DNA from: Vicugna vicugna
Lineage: Eukaryota
Assembly: GCA_013265495.1 (NCBI GenBank)
Contig: MU058531.1
Location: 2,046,911-2,110,910, forward strand
Length of the DNA stretch: 64,000 nucleotides
Reading direction: 5' to 3'
Position numbers and translations under genes: made by a program. Positions 13,201 to 27,000 of this stretch are shown here, in pieces. Position 1 is the first letter of the stretch. Every line of letters begins with the position of its first letter. The notes beneath the pieces are model-generated. The model was not told the DNA's origin. It saw only the letters and a program-made list of their open reading frames with translations, and searched no databases.

Positions 13201-14914
13201 CAGCTCCCCTACCTAAATCATCAGAATTATATTACCATGTACAAGGGCATTTTTAATAAACTGTAAAACAGTAGAGGTCAACGTATGAAATCCAGAGCTA
13301 ATACTGACATGCAGATGGGTTTATCTGGAAGGTCTACACTCATGTGCAGATTTCCTCGTCTCTTTTCTACTTAATATTGAGAGTCAAATTGAGTTGTTAA
13401 GCCCATACTTCTAGCAACAATGATCTTGCTACCCAGATATTTCTTATCCTCTTTCCATAGCCTGTTTCCTATTTATGGAAGCAGAATACAGTGGAACATA
13501 TCCTTAAAACTGCTAGAGGATACAGATTTCATTGTTTATTAGTTTCAGAATCTGTAGCTTCACAGAATTTCTTCATCATCTGGTGATGATGATGATGATG
13601 AGGATGTTTATACTAACTGATCACTTATTTATACAGGCATCTAAATAAACATTTTACATGCCTTATCAGTTAATCCTCATAATAATCCTAAAAGAGAGAA
13701 GCTATCATTCTCATTTTTTCAGGTAAGGAATTAATCAGGGTTTACAAATGCTAGCTAAGTTACCCAAAGTGACATAGCTAGAGATGAATAAACTCAGGTC
13801 TGTTTTGACTCCAAAACTCAAGCTCTAAAGCTTAACTCTTACACCTCACATCCTGCCACACCCAGGCACAATCTGGAGGACAATGCCTGTATTTTCTTTA
13901 CAGTCAGGTTTCTGCCTCCCAGTGCTTTAGTGACCATATTTTTTCTAAACCAAAAGTCAAAACATGTGGCCTGACAATCTGAAATAACTAAACTCCAGAA
14001 AACTCCAGGACCTGTGCTTACTGGGCCTTTATCTTCCGCCCCCACCCCCGCTACCTGACTACCTAGAACAAGCCCCATTCAGATTGCTCCCAGCTTCTGC
14101 TCCCAGGCCTGGCTCCTCTCCCAAGCAGAGACCTCCACCTAAACTCTTCAGCTGGAAGCCTCGGAGCCTCTTAGAGAAGGAGGCCTCGATCAGCCTCACC
14201 ACTCAAAAAGAGCCCCTCTCTCAAAAGAAAAAGATGAAAGGAAGAAATGGTTTCTCTCCTCTTTTTTTTTTTTTTTTTTTAAATAAGAAGTCCTTGAGAC
14301 ATCCCTTTGAAACATCCCACTCTTCCATCAGCGGCCTCTCCCAGGGAAAGCAAGGAGGAGGAAAAGAGAAATTCATCTGTTTGTTCTCTGTTTGGCCTCT
14401 CCTTTCTAAAGTGGCTCTTCGCTGCAGTTTGCGCCGCGGGTCACCCAGGGAGGACAAAAAAAAAAAAAAAAAAGCACAAGCTCCAAACTTCAAAGGTAGA
14501 AATAATCTGCAAATTCACTTATTCAACACATTTATTGAGCACCAACTATATAGTAGGCTCCCAACATTCACTATCCCTTCCGTCTAAATGCAAGATCAAG
14601 AAAACTCAAAAGTGGTATACAAGAAAGAAAAGATCTTTCTACATAGGGGGAGCCGGGGGTATGGTAATTGAAAAAATAGAAATGAATAGGAAATATTAGA
14701 TACATGTAAGTGCTATAAAGAACAAAAAGGGTGATGTGATTGGAAGAATCTGGTAAGGTAATTCTGGGTAAGGTATATCTGGGGAGCTGGTCATTAAAGG
14801 CCTCCATGATGAAGTGAGTGAATGAAAAGGACCCATCGTTGTGAAGACTGGCGGTGGAGGATGCAAACAGAACAGTTCAAGCGAAGATCTTAAAGCAGAA
14901 GGGAAAAGCCTTTA

Positions 14915-15130
14915 GAGCAGAAGTTGGCAAAAGTTTTCTGTAAAAGAGCCACACAGTAAACATTTTAGGCTTGCAAATCACAGGTCTCTTGTTGCAGATT
15001 TGTTTTTGTCCCTATTGTAGTAGTTGTTTTACAATCCTTTAAAAATGTAAAAACCCTCCTTACTTCACCGGCAGTATTAAAATAGGCCTCTGGCAAAATT
15101 TGGCCCCTCTTGGTTTTCTGATCCCTGCTT
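14915..15130. mobile_element. MER58-type hAT-Charlie element within L2-derived sequence
   Basis: CAGAAGTTGGCAAAAGTTTTCTGTAAA...GTAAACATTTTAGGCTT start and ...TCTGATCCCTG end. L2-like flanks at ~14510-14900 and ~15130-15470. Confidence 0.7.
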
Positions 15131-15651
15131 CAGGGGAACATCCAAGCGAGAGAGCAAGTAAACAAGGAGAAAGCAGTACCAGACGGTCTGAAAGGTAGGC
15201 AGGAGCCATATGGCACGACGCCTTTTAGGCTAAATTAAGATTTTGGATTTTTTTCCTAAGTGTGATGGGAATCCCCTGGAGGGTATTAAGCAGGGCAATG
15301 ACGTGATCTAATTTATGCTTTAAAAAGGCCACCGTGGTTGTGTGTGTGAAGAACAGACTGGGGTGAGGGTAAGAGTGGAAACAGAGATAGTTGACTAGGA
15401 GGCCAGCTACTTATTGTATCATCCAGACGAGGATGAGGGTGGTGGTGTTAGAGACAGAAAGAATTGAACACAAGGTGAACTAAATACCCTCAGTGAAAGC
15501 TATATGTATCATTGATACACTAAAAACATGGAAGGAGTCTTGAAATTTTACTTTAAAAATCAGAAAAACAGTAATAAAGAGCATGATTAATAGAAAAATC
15601 TCAGTTATTCAAAATTTTAACAATATTTTGACATGTATGATTTGTAGATAC

Positions 15652-15695
15652 TTAACTTTCAGGGAGATCATCATTTAACTTTCAGGGAGATCATC
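15652..15695. repeat. Tandem duplication, 23-bp period
   Basis: TTAACTTTCAGGGAGATCATC at 15652-15672 and 15675-15695. Confidence 0.95.
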
Positions 15696-17569
15696 TCTTC
15701 CTCTCTCTTCCTCGTGAAATGATTCAATTTCTCCTCTGGTTCCTGATAGTCATTACTTTCCCCATTTCACCTAAATGCATTACGAAGTATACCTAGAATG
15801 TTCCTCTCATTTCAGAGTGCACTGCAGTCAACCAAAAAAGCAAAACTGTTTGCTCTTTTAAAATCTGAGAAACTTCCAACTTTCCTTGGCAACATCCCCT
15901 TCCCTCTCAAAGTTTTCACCATGAGGAAGTTGTAAATGTAGGTGGTTCTCACACTACCCAAACTCATTTTCTTGTTCTTTCTTTGATAAAAATAAAGCTG
16001 AGTTTTTGAAAATTCATCAGGCTATACATTTAATTTGGGTACTTTTTTGGTACATAAGGGGAAGACAACAAAAACAAAATCCAGACACACACACAAAGAG
16101 GTTCCAATGATGGCAACCTTTAGAGAGTAGGCAGATTAGATAGTGTTGTAAGGTAGGTTCCTTGGTTCCTTGGAGACCAAGTTTTTCATGCAAGTGATTT
16201 TTTTGAGGCATATACATCAGCAATGAAATGAGGAAGGCCAGAATAGTGAGAGGGAGACACTGACCCCTCAAAGTGGTTGCAACTCAGTCAATACTTGTGA
16301 TAGCTGTGGTGGTGGTCCCTCAGACTTGTCCTTAAGTGGGGCAAGGAAGCTGGGTCGTTGCATCTTAAATCAGCTAGTCACTGGCTGTGAGTTCCTGGCA
16401 GCATAGCCTAAAGATAGGCCACGCCCTGCAAGGACAAAACTTTGCACCACCAGGAACTAAAATTCCCAGCAGCTGAGGAATGAGTACATTACTCATGAAG
16501 AGAGGACCGGAGCACCGCAGAATCCACGACAGAGACACTCAGAGATTCTCATAGTTATTTTTATCATTTAATATTTATCGAGGCACACAGTATTTTACCA
16601 TGAGTATATAGTATTTGTATTAAAATACTCTAGTAATTTTTATTCTACCAGAAATACTGATTAGCATACCAATTAGTATTTACCACATTATATAGTATTT
16701 TATCAGGGACATTTAGCATTTTTATTAAAAATAAACAGATAACAATATAAACAAATAAAAATAAATGTCCAAATGTTTAGAAACATACTTTTAAAAAATA
16801 CTGCTGGAAAAGTGACTCAAGTGCCATTTCAGCTGTGTACCTTTCTGCAGCTGATGATTAACCCTGAATCATTTTTTACCTTTCTCTTCCTTTATCGAGT
16901 CCTATGGCTCCTTCTGTGATAAGACTCCTCCATCTATCCCTTTCTGTCACTGCCACCAATTCTGGCCCCCACCTTCATCTCCTCAAACTTAAAACATCTC
17001 CTGTGTCCAGTTTCATCCAAGTTGGTTTTGTTTTTTTTTTGGAGGGGGGTAATGCTCCATTGCATGACTTGCACTAATTACTCAAATAGTCATTGAGAAT
17101 CTGTGCAAGATACTAAGACAATAACATCGAGCAAGAAGACACGATCCCTCCAACCCTTAAGACTATTTCTAGTGAGTGAGAGACACTTTAAATAGTAAAT
17201 TCCACGATAAGTAATTTCATGGTAGTTGTGATAAAAATTCTATGAAAAAGTACCAGATGTTATCAAACCATATAATGTTGGGACCTGGATTAAGGGGGCC
17301 ACCGAGTGGATTTCCAAAGTAAGTCAGATGAGCCTTAAAGAATAAAAGGATAAAGTTCAAAGGAAGTAGGTTCCATTCAAAGAGAATATCATGCTTCTTC
17401 CTGCCTTCAGGCTCTGAAGAGGAGACATGGTATATTCAAGGAACTAAAGAAGAAAGCCAGTAGCTAGTATGCTAGAGCTCAGGATTCAGTTGGGAAGCTG
17501 AGGGAGGGAGTAAAGTAAGTTTGTAAGCAAGGGCAATACAAAAGCCATTAGAAGTAGGGTTTTATTTTA

Positions 17570-18775
17570 CTTTTTAAAAAAACTTTTCATTGTGAAGTAA
17601 TTTCAGAAGTACAAAAATGTTACAAAAAATAATTTCTCTATCCTTTTCACCCGCATTTCACCCACTAACATCTTGAATGACTGCAGTATAATTGTCAAAA
17701 ACAGAAAATTAATATTGGTTCAATACTATTTTCTAATTTACAGAGCTTATTTTACCAATGGCCCACTAATGTTCCACCCATTGCATTTAGATGCCATGTC
17801 TTCTTAGTCTCCTTTAATATGGGACAGTTCCTCAGTCTTTGTCTTTCATGACCTTGACACTTGCGAAGAGCATTGGCTAGTTATTTGGCAGAATGTCCCT
17901 CAATTTTGGTGTCTCTGATGCTTCCTTATGATCAAATTCAGGTCACACACTTTTGGCAATAATAATACCACAGAAGTCATGCTGTGTCCGAGACAGTGCA
18001 TCATGTCAGAAGGAACATGATGGGGATTTGTCCCACTGTGGTGAAGATAACTTTGATCACGTGATTAAGGTACTGTCTGCCAGGTTTCTCCAATGTAAAG
18101 CTCCTCTTTTTCCCTTTTTACTTAAATGTCTTTGGGAAGAAACTTCCTGACTATATGAATATCCTGTTTATCAACATACTTTCACCCACTAATTTTAGCA
18201 TCCATTAACGATGCTTGCCTACATCAATTAGTCCTGTGGTGTTCATCAACCCTTCTAATTAGCTGGAATGCTCCTGTAGAGTTTTTCCTTCTCCCCTGAT
18301 TTACTAATGTATTTTTATAAGCACAGACTCATGGATTCATATTTTATTCTATGGGTTATTATTCATTATTATTACTTATCATGTTACTCAAAATATCTCT
18401 GACTTAGCCATTAGGATCCCTTCAAGCTGACTTCTAGGTCCTTTTGACACAGTCCCATCATTTTTTTTGTTTTTTTTTTTTAGCACATTCCTACTTCCTG
18501 GCACTGCAGATGTTCCAGGCCCATGTACTTTTCATACCAGTCTAGAATTAGCAATTCCTCCAAAAAGCCCTGGCTCCCTTTACTGGAAATAGCACTAGGT
18601 ATACTCATGGGTTCTGGGGTATAACTGCTTTAGGCCCTCTCAGCAGACAGAGTTAAAAGCATACGTATGCACACATCTGTTTGGGTTTACCTATATATCT
18701 GTATCTATAAAACCATGAGTTTGTATTCATACTTCTAATTCCCACGAAACATCCCAAGGTTCATTATAACCTTAG
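17570..18775 (-). mobile_element. Old L1 (L1MC-like) 3' UTR inserted into an L2
   Basis: GTCTTTCATGACCTTGACACTT, AGAATGTCCCTCAATTT, AACTTTGATCAC motifs. L2-like sequence on both sides. Confidence 0.75.
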
Positions 18776-21414
18776 AAATCTCTCTCTTTTTAATTCACTA
18801 AATATTTACTGAACACCCTCCAAGGGCCAGGCTCTGTGCAAGGCACTGGGGTTACAACAGTGAACAAAACAAGTATGGTCCTGTCCTGTCCTCATGAAGC
18901 TTAGATTCTAAAAGGTGTAATTTATGGATTATTCCTCTTCTCTCCAAATTGCTAACTGTATTTTTTCTACTGGCTCCTTCTCACCAGGATTTAAAGGGGC
19001 CACAGTAGGATTTTAAGCAGGTAACATGGTAAGTTCCACAGTTCTTAACAAGCCACTCTATTAAGGAATCAAAGGAAAAAAGAGTAGACTGGAGAGGCCA
19101 ATTGTCAAATCAGTTGATCAGGGATGAAAGCGAATGTGGGGAGACCAATTATGAGACTAGTAAGTGGTCCCAGTTAAGAGATGACAGTCAACCGGACTGG
19201 GATGAAAGCAGGGGGAATGGAAACAAGTACGTGGATTTGAGAGATATTTAGGAGATAAATGGATCACACTTGGTGATTGACTTAAGGGTAGGGGGATGAA
19301 AGAGAAAGATGACTTAAGGAAGATTCCTAGGTTTCAGGGAGTGTGTGCATATATATTGGCTCAGATTTCCATATACTGTAAATATATGACTACTTGTCTC
19401 TTCTATTAAATAGTAAACAACCTGTTGACAAGAACAGTGTAACAATGTATTATTCACATCTTTGTATCCCCAATATCATCCACAGTGTCTGGTACATAGG
19501 TGGAGTTCAAGAAACAATGCTGAATAAATAAATAAATCTTCCTCAGACTTAACCAAGTTGAGATTTCAGCTGCAGGGTCTTGAACCATAATACCTTCATA
19601 AAGGCCTAAAACTCTCTAAGAAGAAGGAAACTACTTACGCTGAATATCTATTCTCCCATAAGAGTATATCCTGATTTTTTAGTTTATGATGCACACTTTC
19701 TCTTCTAACATTAATTCATTGTACCCAAGAGATGACACCCAGAAGCTATAAAACAGAGATAAACATTTGACTATAAAAATGAAATCTCACTTCACATCTA
19801 TCAGATCACCAAAAATTAATGCCTTTTAACTGCCTATTCCTGGCAGGGGGTGAGGGTAAGAGGAGGAGGGCTGTTTCCTCACCTCTCAAATGGAGCTAAA
19901 GTGATTAGGTAAGATGTTTCTAGACTCAACTCTAGGCATTTAGTAAAGACTGACACTCAGCCTTACTCTTTATACATTCATATACTTCTTCAAGTCCCAA
20001 TTCAAACCACTCCTCCACTAGGAAGCCTGCCCAGATCACTCCCATATGCAACAATTTCATTTCCCATCTCTGAGCAATTAGGGTACTTATCTGTAAAATT
20101 CTTCAACAATTAGTCATGGGTAGTCCTGTGAATGCTCTTGCAATAATCACTTTCTTTTTTATTTCTTAGTTAACTATTCACATATTCATACACTGTTATC
20201 CAGTGAAGTCAGATATACCTGGATTCAAATGTCAGCTATGCAACTTACTTGCTATGACTTCATTTTTCCAATGTTCAGTATTCTCATCTACGATATGGGA
20301 GACACAGCCATCTATTTGATAAGGTCATTGTCAGGATTGGAAATAATGTGTGCAAAGGGCCCGGCACATGCCACATATTGGTGTTCAGTAAGTAGATGCC
20401 AACAAGTGCCCATTGAAGGCATTTGTCGTATCTTTTTCAAATTTCAGTCCCCTCCCAGACACAGCACTTCATAGAGTGCCTCACATGTGGCTGCTACTTG
20501 ATATTTTATTTACTGATATTCCACCTTGTCCAGAAAGGACCTAAGGCAGCTAAGTAGTGTTCAGCAAATATTTGTTGAATGATTACAGGCCACACTTTCC
20601 AGTCAGATTTTGTTTCTTTCTTCCTGCTTTTCCATAATAAGCAAAACACAATAATGTGACTTTTTAAAAGCCTTTAATCATCCTCCACTTGTACCAAGTA
20701 TTTCTTTTCTTTTTAAATTTAACTAAAAATTTTTAACTCTAAAATACATGCTCATGGCTAAAATAAAATCATAAGGGAATAAAATGAAAATATCTCCCCA
20801 TATTTAGTCTCATCATCCAAAGTAGTATGTATTTTTTTTAATTCTTAGGTATATCTCAAAAAAAAATCTCCTTACATACACATGCTAAGTTAAAAAAATG
20901 GGATAATACTATAGATACTATCTACTCCCTGCTTTTCTTCACTTAACATATAGGTAGTATTTATTGGTTTTGGTGTTTGGCAACTGTTCAACTTTTTTAA
21001 GTTATTACCTAAAGGTTTGCCCTGATTTTGCATCATAAGAATAAAAACACTACAAGACTATTTTTGTCTCTTTTGCTCTCCTTTATCCCCAGCACCTAAA
21101 TAGCACCTGGATCATAACTGTAGTCAGTATGTGCTCTCTAATTAATGTACTACCTTTTGACAAATTGCCTTCATTCAAGGTGTTTTGCCCTCCCTTAACC
21201 AAGTGGCAAGGAAGATCGATTAGATGCTCCCTCCCTAGATATCGAACTGTGAGCAGAATACAAACAGTTGGAGTTTATCTGTTCCTGTGCTGAACCCATA
21301 TGATAGCATGGAATGTTCCCGCAACAAGATTCTCTGTGGCTGCTACTCCGCCTTACTTTCAATCCTGTGAGCTCACCCATATTCTTCCAATAAGTTTCCT
21401 TTTGCTTTAGTTTA

Positions 21415-21590
21415 TCAACCTCAGCACTACTGGCTATCTTGGGCTACATAATTCTTTGTTGTGAGGGGCTGGTCTGTGCATTATATTATGCTTAGCAGCA
21501 TCCCTGGTCTCAACCCACCAGATGCAAACAGCATCCCTACTGTAACAATCAAAAAAGTCTCCAGACATTAACAAATGTCCCCTAGGGAGA
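21415..21590. mobile_element. MER20-like DNA transposon fragment
   Basis: CAACCTCAGCACTA...ATAATTCTTTGTTGTG...AGCAGCATCCCTGG...TCTCCAGACATT...AAATGTCCCC. Confidence 0.8.
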
Positions 21591-21794
21591 ATGAATTAGC
21601 TAGAGTTGATTCCTGTGGAACAAAAATATCCTAACTGTAGATGGCTACTACATCTTGGGCAACTCTTCACAATAGCCTAAACAGAAATATCTCATTTGTT
21701 TCAATGGCTCAGCTATATAATACAGTTATATTGATATATCCTAAGTTATTAAATCAGCCAACTAATAATGGATTTTAAGGTTTTATCTGGTGTT

Positions 21795-22790
21795 ATTTTA
21801 AATAACAGCTTTATGGAGGTATAAGTCAAACACTAAAAATTCACCCATTTGAAGCATACACTTCAGTGACTTTTAGTATATTCCTAGTTGCACATTCATC
21901 ACTACGGTCAATTTTAGAATACTTCTATCATCTCAAAAAGAAACCCCTGCATACCTTAGTTGTCACTCCTCAAAACTCCATTTCCCCCAACCCTGGGCAA
22001 CCACTAATCTACTTTCTGTCTATAGACTTACCTATTCTGAACACTTCATATAAATAGAATATGTTCTCTCTTGGACTGGCTTATTTCACTTAGTACAATG
22101 TTTTCAAGGTTCATCCATGCTGCAGCATTTATCAGTACTTCATTCCTTTTTGTTGTTGAATAATACTCCACTGTATGGATGTATCAAATTTCATCCATCA
22201 ACTTATGAACATTTGGGTTGCTCCACTATGGGCTGTTATGAATAATGTTGCTATGAATATTCATGTATAAATGTTTGTGTAGGCATATGTTTTCATTTCT
22301 CTTGGGTACATACCTGGGGGTAGAACTGCTAGGTTGCATGGAGACTTTATGTTTAACATTTTGAGGAAGTGCCAGACTGTTTTCTAAAACAGCTGTACCA
22401 TTTTACCTTCCCAACAGCAGTGTACTAGAACTCCAACTTATTCACATTCTCACCAGTGTTTATTATTATTCCCCTTTTTTTCATTATTGCCATCCTAGAG
22501 AGAGTGAAGTGGTATTTCATCATAGTTTCGATTTGCATTTCTCTGATGGCTAATGTTGGTGAGCATCTCTTCAGGTGCTTACCGGCCATTTGCATATCTC
22601 TGGAGAAATGTCTATTCAGATCCTTTGTCCATTTTTTAATTGGGTTATTTGCCTTTCTATTACTGAGTTGCAACAAATCTTTATATATTACAGGTACAAA
22701 GCCCTTTTCAGATATATGATTTCCCAAAATTTTCTCCCATCTGTGAGATGTCTTTTCACTTCCTTAATAGCACAAAAGTTTAACACTTTC
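21795..22790 (-). mobile_element. L1 (L1MB-like) 3' fragment
   Basis: ORF 22425-22727(-) gives an L1 ORF2 C-terminal-like peptide (NNPIKKWTKDLNRHFS...IREMQIET...YHFT). Confidence 0.9.
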
Positions 22791-23094
22791 ATGTCAGTCT
22801 TTCAGGTAAAATCGTGTGCCATGAGCAGCCAGCTCAGCCTGCATCTTAATCATGTAAGTGTTTTCCTCTGAGACAACTATCATACTTTGGATGCAGCAGA
22901 GATGTACATGCTTCCCATTTCATCACACAGAATATTAAAAACATGCATATCCAAGGGTCAAGATTTAATATAGGAATTTTTTTTACTGCATAATCAAGGA
23001 CATTCCTAAGTGAACTTTTGTTTTGACTCCATGTGTGTGATGGTACAGACTTATATATTGGGTGTCAGAGCCCTTAATGGTGCTAACATATAAG

Positions 23095-23265
23095 CAGTTT
23101 CATCTACCACTGCTTGCGCTATCAGTGTAAATGCCAATGCAGTGAAAAAGGCACATAATATTTTAGTATTATAATAAAAATAGCCTTGACCTCATATACC
23201 CCCTGGAAAGGTTCCCAGAGAGCCCTAGGGGCCTGCTAGAACACCTTTTGACAACTACTGCTCTA
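23095..23265. mobile_element. Charlie1-like hAT terminal fragment
   Basis: ATCAGTGTAAATG...CAGTGAAAAAGGCA...TTGACCTC...TTTGACAACTACTG resembles the Charlie1 end. Confidence 0.6.
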
Positions 23266-24671
23266 TGACATCCATGTTTATTTAAAAAGGAAAATAATTT
23301 TATATATATATATACATACACACACATTTTCTCATAAAATGGATACTCCTGGAACAAGATATGAGAAGGAAGACATGGCATATTATCCTGTGATTTTTTA
23401 CCCACCCTTGATGCACATTGCATATCCCAGGGACACCAAACCCAGAGAGAAATTTAAGCAAGGATAATGAAAAGTAATGGGTCTTCCACAATATTTATGA
23501 GGAGGAAGAGAAGGCAAATTAGTGAATGATGACATTTTTGTAAAATTATTTACCCTTTGTAAATATCTATTCCATTACAGTGGATATAAGCTGTTAGAAT
23601 TCTATTCTGAGTAGCAAATGAAGATAAATCGACAGGTTTTACCCTGTCCTCTGTAAGTGGCCAGTAAAGCTTCTGTCCAGAATTAAAAAGTAAATTCAAA
23701 GTAATCCTATAAAGCTAAGCCAGTAAAACGTATTCTGAGGACCAGCATCTTCTCATAAAAGAGGCCCAAGAACATCTTCTACTTGAGAACTACTTAGCCT
23801 ATCTAAGGATATTCAAGAACTTACAGCTGTGTTAAAGCAAACTTCTGAAATAGTAACAGAGCATGGCTAAGTTACTGAGATGTAGCCCAGCGCTAACTTC
23901 TCTTTGTCCCCAACCTACCCTGCATACCACTGCAAGATTTATCCCCCTAAATCACCCTGACTCAAAACTTTTAGTAATAATTAAGAGCTAACACCAGTGG
24001 AGCCGTTAACCATGTGCCCAGCATTTTCCTGAACAATTTAAATGAATTTTCTCACTTAATCCTTCCAGTAACCCAGTGAGGTAGGTTCTGTAATTCTCCC
24101 CCTGGAGATGTGGAAACTTGAGCTTAAAAAGACTCAGTAACCTGCCCAAAATTGCTGAGCCTCTAAGTGACAATGCTGAGACTCAAACATAGGCTTGAGC
24201 TGAAGCTTTCAACCACTGCAAGTATTTCTGCAGAGATACCACTGGTCTGATAGTCACTTAGGGAACTTGTTTTTAAAAAAATTGCTAATTGGACACAACT
24301 ACAAGGCACATAGATCAGAATTTCTGGGGAAATTTTCTGACACACAGCAGGTTTGGGAATCACTACAAGTTAACTGTCCATTCTCTACAGAATGGAATCA
24401 ATTTCTTTTGCCCAAACTCCTCCCAACAGGATTCTCGGATAACGGCAAAATTCCTTACATTGGCCTACAAAGCACTTCATAGTCTGTCACTTGATTGACC
24501 TTTTTGGTCCCATCTTGACCCAAGTCCCCTCTTTGTCTGGGTTTGTCCTCGTCCATCAGCCAGGGTTTTCCTTCACAGGGTACTGGCAGCTGCTGTTCTT
24601 TGGCTGGGGGTGCTCTTCCCTCCTCCTTTTGTCCAATTAACTCCTGCTCAGCATAATGGACACTTCCTGAG

Positions 24672-24739
24672 AGGAACTTTTCTGACCTCCCTGTCTATGT
24701 AAAAAAGGAACTTTTCTGACCTCCCTGTCTAGGTAAAAA
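24672..24739. repeat. Tandem duplication, 34-bp period, one mismatch
   Basis: AGGAACTTTTCTGACCTCCCTGTCTA(T/G)GTAAAAA starting at 24672 and 24706. Confidence 0.95.
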
Positions 24740-25336
24740 CCCTAGCTATTATCTCTCACAATACTATGTACTACATTTGCAACCTAAAAATATATTTATG
24801 TGATTATCTCTCTTTCCCACTATAAACGGTAAACTCCACAGAGGTAGGAACGGTGCCTTTTTTTGCTCCTTATTGTATCCCCCGTGCCTAGCTTAGTGCC
24901 TGTCACATAAACATTGTTCAAGAAATACTTGTTGAAAGAATTAATAGCTTCAAGGCCATTTATTCCCTACTTAACCAATCAACCATATTTTTCCCTTTTA
25001 CTCAACAGAGACCATTCCAACTACAGAGGTTAACTCCCCTCTCTCCTTTTTTTTTGTTCTTATCCTGACCCAAGACCCTTTTCCACCTCTTTACCTATGT
25101 AATTCCTCCTATTGCTGCAAGGGAGAACCTAAATTTCCCCTGATCTCACAAAGTTCTCTTTATCACACCAGCCCATAACAGTCTCATCTAAACTTCTACA
25201 TCACTTTGTATTTCTATGTTATTCATTTGGCACTTCATCATATGCTGTCATGTAACATTATGTAGTATTTCACACAGAAGTGCCTTGTTTTTTTTTTTTT
25301 TTAACTATAAGCTTTGTTAGGTAGCTTGTATGTTCT

Positions 25337-25457
25337 CTTATTTTGGGGGGGTAAGTAATTAGGTTGGTTGGTTTGTTTTTAGAGGAGATACTGGAGATTG
25401 AACCCAGGACCTCATGCCTGCTAAGCATGCACTCTACCACTGAGCTATACCCTCCCC
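25337..25457 (-). mobile_element. tRNA-Ala-derived SINE (vic-1-like)
   Basis: Same A/B-box body. Perfect 14-bp TSD AGCTTGTATGTTCT at 25323-25336 and 25458-25471. Confidence 0.9.
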
Positions 25458-26356
25458 AGCTTGTATGTTCTGAAAAAGGTAGTTATTGTTTAATTTGAGA
25501 CAAGTACCCAGGCACATCATAAATCCTCTGGAAATGTCTGCTGAATAAATTAATGAAGAACTTTCTGTGGCCTGCAGTATGGACTCTGCCTACAGTTTAT
25601 CACCAAATTTGGCAATTGACAATTCTCCTTGGAGGGCACCTGGCTATTTCATATTATCTCTATGGACTACCTCCAGGGCCCCCTTTGACAGACAGTTCAA
25701 AACAAGTGTCATGGGAGAATATTAAAGAAATACACTATTTTAAATTTCCTAACATATTTAGAACAGTTCCATACTCAGGAATTTCTAAATCCATTACAAA
25801 GCTACTAACAAATTCCGTAACTCTTTAGGATACTCTACATTGTCAATCCTGATTCTCGTCCTCTGAGGTTGGAAGAATCCTTAAATATTTTCAACAGATT
25901 AATTTCTATTTCAAAATACATCACTGAGAAAAATTTTTTTTTGGCTGTGGTCATGCTGTTACTCTCTTGACTAAATATCATTTACCATAAATCTTTAACC
26001 TGTGTAAAATGCAGAAGTGCATTTTAACTTTTTATTTGATGGAAGGGACTCAACTAAGATCGAAGTAATTGAGACTTTTCCCCTTCAAAGTCAGAAAGTA
26101 AATTATAATTCTAATTATTCTTAGTCTCATTTGAAAACATAAGAGCCAAAGAAAACAAAGCTGACAAACAATATTGAAATTCAAGGTATGTGTAGAATTA
26201 TTTCAAATACAAACAATTAATTTATTTCATGAATTAATTTATCAGTCACGATTTTTGCCCATACTAATCAGGAAACAAAGTTTGATAATAAAGAATTATC
26301 AGTTATCTGTTTACCTGTTTCTCTTTAAATGTCCTTATGAACACTTTACATGGAGC

Positions 26357-27000
26357 TAATTATTTTTAATAGCTTTATTGAAATGGTAATTTATGTACTA
26401 TAAAATTAACTCATATTAAGTATACATTCAGCTTTTTAAGTATCTTTACAGAACTGTGCCACCATCTCCAGAATCTAATTTTACCTCATTTTTTAAAATT
26501 TAGATATAATTTACAAAGTTATATAACTAACATCACTCTAATTTTGGAACATTTTTTGTCACCCCAAAAAAGAAACCTCATACCCATTACAATCTTTCTC
26601 TATTTCTTCTTAAGCCCTCCAGCTCTAGACAACCACTAATCCACTTTCTGTCTCTATGAATTTATTCTTAACATTTAATGTAAATGGAATCATACAACAT
26701 GTGGTTGTTGTGACAGGCTCCTTCAACTTAGCATGTTTTCAAGATTCATCCATACTGTCACAGGTATCAGAACCTCACTCCTTGTTATCACCTAATAATA
26801 GTCCACTGTATGAATATACCACATTTGGTTTATCCATTCATCAGCTGATGGATATTTGGGTTGTTTCTACTTTTTGGCTGTTAGGAATAATGCTGCTAGG
26901 AATGCTGGCATACAAGTCTTTGTGCAGATGTATGTTTTTATTTCTCTTGGGTAGATACCAAGGAGTGGAATTACTAGGTCAGATGCTAATCACTTTTTTT
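26357..27000 (-). mobile_element. L1 (L1MB-like) 3' UTR
   Basis: ACCACTAATCCACTTTCTGTCTCTATG...TTTATCCATTCATCAGCTGATGG...GGAGTGGAATT motifs. Confidence 0.85.

Noticed and set aside
14084..14699. 167-aa and 130-aa ORFs with poly-Phe/poly-Lys
   Set aside because: Non-ATG starts, and the composition comes from homopolymer runs.
16545..16735. Repeat-spacer appearance suggesting a CRISPR-like array
   Set aside because: Eukaryotic intron, repeats are short and non-identical, and there are no cas genes.
18996..19012. GGGGCCACAGTAG resembles the 5' end of the HDV-like CPEB3 ribozyme
   Set aside because: It is on the strand opposite CPEB3 and the rest of the ribozyme sequence is missing. The real ribozyme lies in a later intron, beyond the left edge of the window.
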